NCBI GenBank assembly: GCA_964655465.1
Contig: CAZZND010000004.1
Coordinates: forward strand, 1-42,409
Direction of reading: 5' to 3'
DNA: 42,409 nucleotides
From: an uncultured Actinomycetes bacterium
GTDB taxonomy: Bacteria; Actinomycetota; UBA4738; HRBIN12
In this document: in pieces, positions 26,874 through 33,586 of the stretch
How positions within the stretch are numbered: the stretch's first letter is position 1
Layout: each line of letters opens with the position of its first letter
Translations under genes and position numbers: made by a program
The notes under the pieces: model-generated
What the model saw: the letters and a program-made list of their open reading frames with translations, nothing else
Databases searched by the model: none
Told to the model about the DNA's origin: nothing

Positions 26874-27845
26874 ATGGACGGCTCGGTTGGATCCATCGCG
26901 CCCCGGGTGGCCGGCAGCGGCCACCGGCCGCTGTTGCTCGCGCTCGCGGGCGACAGCGCCTCGGGCAAGAGCACGCTCGGCCGCGGTGTCGAGTACATCT
27001 TGGGCGTCGGCCGTGTCGCGCGTGTGTGCACCGACGACTACCACCGCTACGACCGCGCCGCGCGCGTAGACCTGGGCGTCACCCCGCTCGCACCAGAGGC
27101 CAACGACATGGAGCGGATGGCGGCCGACCTGCGGGCCTTGGCATCCGGAGCCGCCGTCACCAAACCTACGTACGACCACCTCACCGGCACCTTCGGTCCC
27201 GTCGAGACGGTGGCTCCCGGCGAGATCGTGATCGTCGAGGGGCTGCTGCCGCTCGCGGACCGGGGCGTGCGCGACGAGATCGACGTGGCGGTGTTCCTCG
27301 AGCCCGACGAGGAGCTCCGGCACCGCTGGAAGCTGGACCGCGACGTCTTCGAGCGCGGGTACTCGCCCAGGGATGTCGTCGCGGAGCTCAAGCGCCGCGA
27401 GCCCGACGTCGCCCAGTACGTCCGCCCCCAGCGCGACTACGCGGACGTGGTCCTGCGATTCCTGCCGCGCGACGGCGCCGAAGGCGACGAGCACCTGTCG
27501 GCCCGGGTGATCGTTCGGCCCACGTTGCCGTTCCCGGCTTTGCGCGAGCTGCTCGGTTCTTTCCGGGCTCGCGCGGTCGAGCCCGTGCGCTGGGCGACCC
27601 GCACCGACCGGCGCGGCCCCATGAGCGTGCTCGAGATCGACGGCAGCTGCCCCCCCGATCTGGGCGAGGAGCTCGAGGAGGCGCTCTGGTCCACCCTGCA
27701 CCCCGACGAGCGGCTGCAGCGGGACCGGATCGGCATCGTCCTCAAACCCGGCAAGGGCGAGGATCGCAGCGAATCGCTCGCCCTCGCCCAACTCGTCATC
27801 GTCACCTACCTCGTCGGGGCTTTCGACGAGGCGTTCGAACTGTAG
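26874..27845 (+). CDS. Phosphoribulokinase/uridine-kinase family protein, closest by eye to plant/cyanobacterial-type PRK
   Basis: P-loop GDSASGKST, CTDDYHRYDR, LAPEANDM, KPTYDHLTG, VIVEGLLPL, WKLDRDVFERGYS, RREPDVAQYVRPQRDYADVVL. The track ORF from 25134 is antisense shadow upstream of ATG 26874. Confidence 0.75.
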   Translation: MDGSVGSIAPRVAGSGHRPLLLALAGDSASGKSTLGRGVEYILGVGRVARVCTDDYHRYDRAARVDLGVTPLAPEANDMERMAADLRALASGAAVTKPTYDHLTGTFGPVETVAPGEIVIVEGLLPLADRGVRDEIDVAVFLEPDEELRHRWKLDRDVFERGYSPRDVVAELKRREPDVAQYVRPQRDYADVVLRFLPRDGAEGDEHLSARVIVRPTLPFPALRELLGSFRARAVEPVRWATRTDRRGPMSVLEIDGSCPPDLGEELEEALWSTLHPDERLQRDRIGIVLKPGKGEDRSESLALAQLVIVTYLVGAFDEAFEL

Positions 27846-27860
27846 CCCGGCGCGGTAGCC

Positions 27861-29069
27861 TTGGGGGTAGTGACGGACACGCTTCCGACCTTCCGCGAGC
27901 TGGGGGTCTCCGAGCCGGTCATCGAAGTCCTCGAGGCGCGCGGGATCACCGCCCCGTTCCCCATCCAGGCCATGGTCATGGAGGACGCCAAGTCGGGCCG
28001 CGACACGCTGGCGAGGTCGAAGACCGGTTCAGGCAAGACCTTGGGCTTCGCTATCCCCATCGTCGAGCAGCTCGATCCCGCCGATGAGGCGCGCCCGGGC
28101 GCGCTCGTCCTGGTCCCTACCCGCGAGCTTGCCCAGCAGGTGAAGGCTGACCTCTCGGATATCGCCGCCGCCCGCGGCCTGAAGACCAAGGTCGTCTACG
28201 GGGGCACGGGCGTGAAAGAACAGGCCAAGGGCGTGGACCAGGCCCACGTGCTGATCGCGACGCCAGGCCGGCTCCAAGATCTCGCGGAGCGGGGCCTCGT
28301 GACGTTGAAGGGCGTACGGATCCTCGTCTTGGACGAAGCCGATCGGATGCTCGACATGGGCTTCCAGCCTCAGGTCGACCGCATCATCCGGCAACTGCCG
28401 AAGGACCGCCAGACGATGTTCTTCTCGGCGACACTGGATGGGGCCGTCGGGCGGATCGCCGAGGTTTACACGCGGGACCCCGTCCGGCACGAGGTCGAAG
28501 GCGATGAGGACGGGCTGGTCGACGACGCCGACCACCGGTTCGTCCCGGTGCCGTCGCACGGCAAGCTCACGAAGCTGATCGAGCTCGCCGACGCCGAGGA
28601 GGGCCTCACGCTCGTGTTCGTGAACACCAAACGCATGGTGGATAACCTCGCTCGCCAGCTGAAGGCGCAGGACGTCAAGGCGCTCGCGCTTCACGGCGAC
28701 ATGCGTCAGGAGGCTCGTGATCGCTCGTTGAAGCGGTTCGCCGACGGGCACGTCGGGATCCTGGTCGCGACCGACGTCGCGGCACGCGGCCTCGACCTCG
28801 ACGACATCACGCTCGTCGTGAACTACGACCCGCCGATGGACGACAAGGGCTACGTGCACCGGGTGGGCCGCACGGCCAGGGCCGGACGCGGTGGCACCAG
28901 CGTCACGCTCGTCACCCCGGACCAGCAGGGCGACGTCTCGCGGATGGCCGCCCGGCTCGACCTGCACGAGGAGTTCGAGCACGAGGGCATGAAGGTCGCT
29001 CCTCCACGCGTGGTGTTCAGCGGGGGCCCGCGCGGCAAGAGCGGGCTCCGAGCCCGCAAGCGCCGGTAG
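27861..29069 (+). CDS. DEAD-box ATP-dependent RNA helicase
   Basis: Q-motif region FPIQ, SKTGSGKT, DEAD (LVLDEADRMLDMGF), SAT, HRVGRTARAG. Basic C-terminal tail. The start is TTG 27861 or GTG 27870. Confidence 0.92.
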   Translation: MGVVTDTLPTFRELGVSEPVIEVLEARGITAPFPIQAMVMEDAKSGRDTLARSKTGSGKTLGFAIPIVEQLDPADEARPGALVLVPTRELAQQVKADLSDIAAARGLKTKVVYGGTGVKEQAKGVDQAHVLIATPGRLQDLAERGLVTLKGVRILVLDEADRMLDMGFQPQVDRIIRQLPKDRQTMFFSATLDGAVGRIAEVYTRDPVRHEVEGDEDGLVDDADHRFVPVPSHGKLTKLIELADAEEGLTLVFVNTKRMVDNLARQLKAQDVKALALHGDMRQEARDRSLKRFADGHVGILVATDVAARGLDLDDITLVVNYDPPMDDKGYVHRVGRTARAGRGGTSVTLVTPDQQGDVSRMAARLDLHEEFEHEGMKVAPPRVVFSGGPRGKSGLRARKRR

Positions 29070-29084
29070 CCGCCAGCACTCGAC

Positions 29085-31308
29085 TCAGCCGGCCAGCTCG
29101 CCCTCGACCAGCCGGAGCCCACGCCGCCGGTACAGGGCGAGGATCTCCTCGGCCGGCACCGGCCTCGAGAAGTGATAGCCCTGACCGAACGCGCAGCCGC
29201 GGTCGGATAGGAAGCCCCATTCTTCGACGGTCTCGATCCCTTCAGCGAGAGCGGCCATCCCCAGGTTCGACGCCAGCGCGATGATCGCCGAGACCATGCT
29301 CGCGCTCTGGTGGTCGTCGTTGACGTCGTGGATGAAGGCACGGTCGATCTTGAGCACGTCCACCGGCATGTGCCGCAACCGCGCGAGTGACGAGTAGCCT
29401 GTGCCGAAGTCGTCGATGGCGAGGCGGAAACCCTCGTCCTTGAACCCGCGGAGCAGCTCGATGATGCGGTCGGGGTCGTCCATCGCCGTCGACTCGGTGA
29501 TCTCGACGGTTATCCGTCCAGGGTCCACGCCGGCGGATCGCACGAGCGACGAGATCCGGCCCACGGCGTCGCCGTGACGGAGCTGGCGGGGCGAGAGGTT
29601 GAAGCCGATCTCGAGGTCGAGTCCTTCGGCCCGCCACTCGGCGTCTTGGCGGCAGAGCTCCTCGACGACCCATCCGCCGATCGCGTCGATCAGCCCCATC
29701 TCCTCGGCCAACGGGATGAACTCGCCCGGTGGGACCAGGCCTCCGTTGGGGTCGGGCCAGCGGATCAGGGCCTCGACACCGAACATCGAGCCGTCGTGCA
29801 GGTCCACGAGCGGCTGGTAGTGCAGGTTCCAGACCGTGTCCTCGGTCGCGCGACGCAGACGGGTCGAGAGACCGGGCCTTGGCGTCGGCCCCCTCGGACG
29901 CGTGCACCATGGAGACGCCGGGCCCGGCCCCTTTGGCGCGGAACATCGCGGCGTCGGCGTTGCGCAGCAGGTCGCCGGCGTCGTCCGCGTCGCGAGGGAA
30001 CTGCGTGATGCCGATCGACGCGGTCACGAACAGCTCGGTCCCGTCCACCTCGAAGGAGCCGCCGAGCATGTCCTGCACCCGCGAGGCGACCGCCTCCGCG
30101 GCGATCTGGATCGCGTCGGCATCGGACAGCGCTGAGGTCGGGTCCACGTCGGCGAGCAGGATCAGGAACTCGTCGCCGCCCTGCCGCGCCACGAGGTCGG
30201 TATCCCGCGTCGCCTCCTGGAGCCGCTCGGAGAGCTGCTGGATCAACCGGTCGCCGGCCTCGTGCCCGAGCGAGTCGTTCACGAGCTTGAAGTTGTCGAC
30301 ATCGAGCGCGAACACGGCCACGCCCGTCCCGTTCCGCCGGGCGCGGGCGAGCGAGAGCTGCAGCAACTCGTCGAACATCGCCTTGTTGGGCAAACCCGTC
30401 AGGCTGTCGTGGTACGCGAGGTACGCGAGGCGGTCCTCCGCCTCCTTGCGCTCGGTGATATCGAGCATCACGCCCTGGATCAGCCCCGGGCGCCCGTCGG
30501 CGCCGGGGAGCACGAGGGCGCTGTCCTGGAACCACACCACACGGCCGTCGGCGGCGATCAGCCGGTATTCCATCGTGAACGGCCGTCCTGAGTCACGCCC
30601 GCGTGTGTAGGACTCGATCGTGCGATCACGGTCGTCGGGATGCAGCATGCGTCCCCACAGATCGGGGTCACCCTGGTACGCCTCGGCCGTCACCCCCAAG
30701 ATCGACTCGATCTGGGGGCTGACGTAGGTCGTCGTCCACGAGTCGTCGGCGACGTCGACGTACACGATCGCGGGGATCTGCTCGACGAGCGCCCCGTACT
30801 TCTCGCGAGCCTCTCGGAGCCCGTCCTGCGTCAGGATCAGCTCGGTCACGTCGAGCATCAGGCCGAGCCAGTACAGGGGCGTGCCAGCGTCGTCGTGGAT
30901 GAGCACGGAGTCCTCGCGGATCCACACCAGGCTGTCGTCGGGTCGCCGAGCCCGGTACTGGATGCGGTAGGGCTCGCCCGTCTCGACCGAGCGCTCGCTC
31001 TCCGCGGTCACGCGTTCGTAGTCCGCCGGGTCGATGATCCGCTCCCAGGCTTGGAAGCCGCTCAGCCACTCCTCGGGGGACACGCCGAGCAGATCGTGGA
31101 TGCCGGCGCTGACGTCCACCATGTGGTCGTGCTCGCCAACGCCGTCGATGTAGATCACCGCGGGGAGGCGGTCGATCAGACCCCGGTAGCGGGACTCGAG
31201 GTCCGCGAGGCGCGCGGCGACGCCCATGTCCGCCAGGGCATCGCCCCGCCCGAAGAACCCGCCCACGATGGCGTGCGGGTCAGGGCGAGTCTGGTCGCTT
31301 CGGATCAC
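29085..31308 (-). pseudogene. PAS-PAS-GGDEF-EAL protein gene interrupted by a single-nucleotide frameshift between the GGDEF and EAL domains
   Basis: The frame starting at 31308 encodes PAS-PAS-GGDEF (ARQGGDEF) up to ...EGADAKAR, then becomes Arg/Pro-rich nonsense ending at 29242. A second frame reads LSTRLRRATEDTVWNLHYQPLVDLHDGSMFGVEALIRW... through a complete EAL domain to 29085. The join lies at about 29868-29874. Confidence 0.8.
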
Positions 31309-31311
31309 ATC

Positions 31312-31360
31312 GGCTCCGGGTGGTTCGGTCGATGGGTGAGGTATCGGACCACTCGGAGCC
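31312..31360 (-). promoter_or_regulatory. 13-bp stem hairpin immediately upstream of the frameshifted GGDEF-EAL gene, containing its Shine-Dalgarno
   Basis: Minus-sense GGCTCCGAGTGGT ...23 nt... ACCACCCGGAGCC, then GAT and GTG (31308). There is one C-A mismatch in minus sense (a G-U wobble in plus sense). GGAG lies in the 3' arm, 5 nt from the start. Confidence 0.4.
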
Positions 31361-31420
31361 GGGCTTGAGATGCGCGAAAACGATCATCTCCATTGCGCGA
31401 CAAGACGACGCGAGATCGTA

Positions 31421-32293
31421 CTAGGGCGTGGGACAGCCCGCTTCATCTGGCAGCAGGGGTCGGAACACGAGCCGGTACGACCCGCCATGGCTCGTCCACG
31501 GCGTCAACTGGTTCGCGCGACGAGCCGCCCGTTCGACCGTCGCCCAGTCCTCGCCGTCGATGACCGCGCATCGCCACCCTTCGCCGAGCGTCGGCGCGGC
31601 GTCGCCCAGGTCACGGAGCGGCACCTCGAGCGGCCAGGTGGCGGGCTCCTGGGGCAGGTCCGGGTCGGTCGTGGCGGGGCCGACGAGCAGGCGCGCGCTC
31701 GTGGCCTCGTACGTACGCTCGTCGCCGAGCGATCCGGCGGGGAGCCACGCGTCGAGGGTGCCGATCTCGCTCATGAAGTCGCTGAGCCGGCGCCGCGTGC
31801 TCCACACGTCTTCAGGCTGGCCGTCCACGCGCTCGTCGCCCTCCATGCCGAGCGCATACGCGGTGACGCGGTGCGTCGCGCCGTCGGCGGAAAGGACGAA
31901 GGTTGCCGTCCCCGCGTCGGCGATACCCATGTTGCCGAGGTCGGAGTAGTCGCCGTCGAGGTCGAGGCCGGCCTCGAGCGCCCGATGGAGGATGGCCTGG
32001 ATGCCCTCCTCGGACACGGTCCGGGCGACGAAGGGCGGGAGCGCGGGCCCCGGGTAGAGCTCGATCTGCGCGCCGGGCGTGATCAGCGTGCCGTCGCCGT
32101 AGAGGGCGAACGACGGCGCGTTCGTGAAGAGGTACTCGGTGGGGACGAAGCCGCCCTCCCAGCCCACCGACAGGATGAGGTCGTCGGTACCGGTAGGGTG
32201 CGCGATGGCCCCGGAGCCCGGTGGGGTCGAAGGGACGTCCGCGCACCCGGTGAGGACGAGCGCCGCGCTCAAGCTGAGGATGATGGCCCGCAT
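31421..32293 (-). CDS. Hypothetical lipoprotein
   Basis: MRAIILSLSAALVLTGC has a lipobox (LTGC). 290 aa. No family recognised. The track ORF begins 5 codons earlier at 32308. Confidence 0.7.
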   Translation of the reverse strand: MRAIILSLSAALVLTGCADVPSTPPGSGAIAHPTGTDDLILSVGWEGGFVPTEYLFTNAPSFALYGDGTLITPGAQIELYPGPALPPFVARTVSEEGIQAILHRALEAGLDLDGDYSDLGNMGIADAGTATFVLSADGATHRVTAYALGMEGDERVDGQPEDVWSTRRRLSDFMSEIGTLDAWLPAGSLGDERTYEATSARLLVGPATTDPDLPQEPATWPLEVPLRDLGDAAPTLGEGWRCAVIDGEDWATVERAARRANQLTPWTSHGGSYRLVFRPLLPDEAGCPTP

Positions 32294-32356
32294 GACCGGC
32301 TCCTTCATTCGTGAGATGCCTGGGACGCCCCTGGTCCCAGCATCGGTTCCCTCGGT

Positions 32357-32791
32357 CTACAGGTAGACGCCGGTGCGCACCTCGGCCGCGGGCGGCTCGG
32401 GGGCGGTCTGAACCCGGAACGGCAGCCGCGCGGCCTCGTGCCGGTCGACGGCGAGCACGAACGTGTGCTCGCCTTCGCCGTCGAACACCAACCCGTCGAT
32501 GTTGAGCGCGAGGGTGGCGGTGCCCTCACCGCGTGGGGTCGTGAACCGGGCTTCGAGGCCGGTCCTGTCGCCCCCGAACGAACGAGCGACGCCGGCCGGA
32601 CCCAGCAGCGAGATAGCCAGAACGTGGTCGCCGGCTTCGGCCGGCGCCGAGCGCACGATCACGCCGATCCCGACCCGGTCGTGCCGAGCCGGGAAGCTCG
32701 CGACCCGCAGCACCCGCCAGCCGATGCCGAGCGCGTGGAGCTTGCCTCCTTGGGCCTGGACCGAATCGGCGAGGAACGCGTCGACCTCCAT
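32357..32791 (-). CDS. Hypothetical protein (resembles the small MxVDxFLAD...GGKL..LG family I recall as a DUF; unverified)
   Basis: 144 aa with good GC3 bias. Its ATG overlaps the TetR stop (TGATG), implying co-translation with the regulator. Confidence 0.6.
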   Translation of the reverse strand: MEVDAFLADSVQAQGGKLHALGIGWRVLRVASFPARHDRVGIGVIVRSAPAEAGDHVLAISLLGPAGVARSFGGDRTGLEARFTTPRGEGTATLALNIDGLVFDGEGEHTFVLAVDRHEAARLPFRVQTAPEPPAAEVRTGVYL

Positions 32792-33462
32792 CAGAGCGTC
32801 GGTGGGATGGGCACCCCGACACGGGAGGCGATCCCGCGGACCATGAGGTCGAGGCCGAATTCGAACTGCTCATCAGCGCCGCACTCGGCGAAGTAGCGAC
32901 CGACCGCGTGCAGCACCGGAAACGCCTCGGCCGGAACCATCGACGACAGGTACTCGTGGAGCTCAAGATCGTGTCGCCCGCCCTTGATCGAGCCACCCTC
33001 CATCATCACGAAGCCCTGGATGTAGCCGCCGAAGGCGTGGAACGCCTGGACGGTGTCGCGGTCCGAGAGCCCGATCTCGCGGAGCAGCCCCAACGCGAAC
33101 TCCGTGGGCCGGAGCGAATCGGGGGACGTCGGGGCCGGCCCGTGCGTCTCGGCGAACAGGCGCATGACGTCGGGATGGGCCTGCAGGACCTGACGCCACG
33201 ATCTCGCAACCGCACGGCAGCGGTCGGCCCACTCCCCGACTTCGGACGGGAACTCGAAGCCGGCCATCACGCGGTCGCACACGCCCTGGAGCAGGTCGTC
33301 CTTGTCCTCGACGTAGTGGTACAGAGACATGGCCTCGACGCCGACCTCGCGCGCCACCCGGCGCATCGAGACGGCCTCGAGGCCCTCGGTATCCATGATC
33401 CCCAGAGCGGCCTCGATGACCTTCTCCCTGGTGAGCTTCTCGCGGTGCTTGGTGGTGGTCAC
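32791..33462 (-). CDS. TetR/AcrR family transcriptional regulator
   Basis: HTH VSMRRVAREVGVEAMSLYHYVEDKDDLL. 223 aa. Divergent from the MMPL gene. Confidence 0.9.
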   Translation of the reverse strand: MTTTKHREKLTREKVIEAALGIMDTEGLEAVSMRRVAREVGVEAMSLYHYVEDKDDLLQGVCDRVMAGFEFPSEVGEWADRCRAVARSWRQVLQAHPDVMRLFAETHGPAPTSPDSLRPTEFALGLLREIGLSDRDTVQAFHAFGGYIQGFVMMEGGSIKGGRHDLELHEYLSSMVPAEAFPVLHAVGRYFAECGADEQFEFGLDLMVRGIASRVGVPIPPTL

Positions 33463-33483
33463 TGGAAGTTCCGATCCCGGGGG

Positions 33484-33512
33484 TTGACAGACTTACATCG
33501 TACGGGTAGCGT
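33484..33512 (+). promoter_or_regulatory. Candidate sigma-70-type promoter for the MMPL gene
   Basis: TTGACA (33484-33489), a 17-nt spacer, then TAGCGT (33507-33512, TAnnnT type). Lies in the least GC-rich part of the 124-bp divergent spacer. Confidence 0.4.
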
Positions 33513-33515
33513 TCG

Positions 33516-33537
33516 TACACCGTAAGCATACACCGTA
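33516..33537. promoter_or_regulatory. Direct repeat TACACCGTA x2 plus CGTACGG/CCGTACG inverted repeat: candidate TetR operator
   Basis: TACACCGTA at 33516-33524 and 33529-33537 (13-bp period). CGTACGG (33499-33505) is the reverse complement of CCGTACG (33533-33539). The repeats overlap the predicted transcription start. Confidence 0.4.
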
Positions 33538-33586
33538 CGTCAAGGTTGGCCGGACCCAGAGGGGTTCCGGCGGGAAGGGGAACCTG

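Noticed and set aside
24945-29069. Calling transketolase-PRK a Calvin-cycle (cbb) operon
   Set aside because: No RuBisCO, FBPase/SBPase, aldolase or GAPDH genes are present in the window. The two genes are divergent rather than co-transcribed. The evidence supports only a PRK-like enzyme next to transketolase.
27861-29069. DEAD-box helicase as part of a defence or mobile system
   Set aside because: It has the full canonical RNA-helicase motif set with a basic tail, typical of housekeeping RhlE/CshA-like enzymes. No nuclease, methylase or other defence-associated partner is adjacent.
29765-30535. 256-aa third-frame ORF inside the frameshifted GGDEF-EAL locus
   Set aside because: It is an Arg/Pro/Gly-rich shadow frame overlapping the well-supported PAS-GGDEF coding frame. 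It contributes nothing to either domain.
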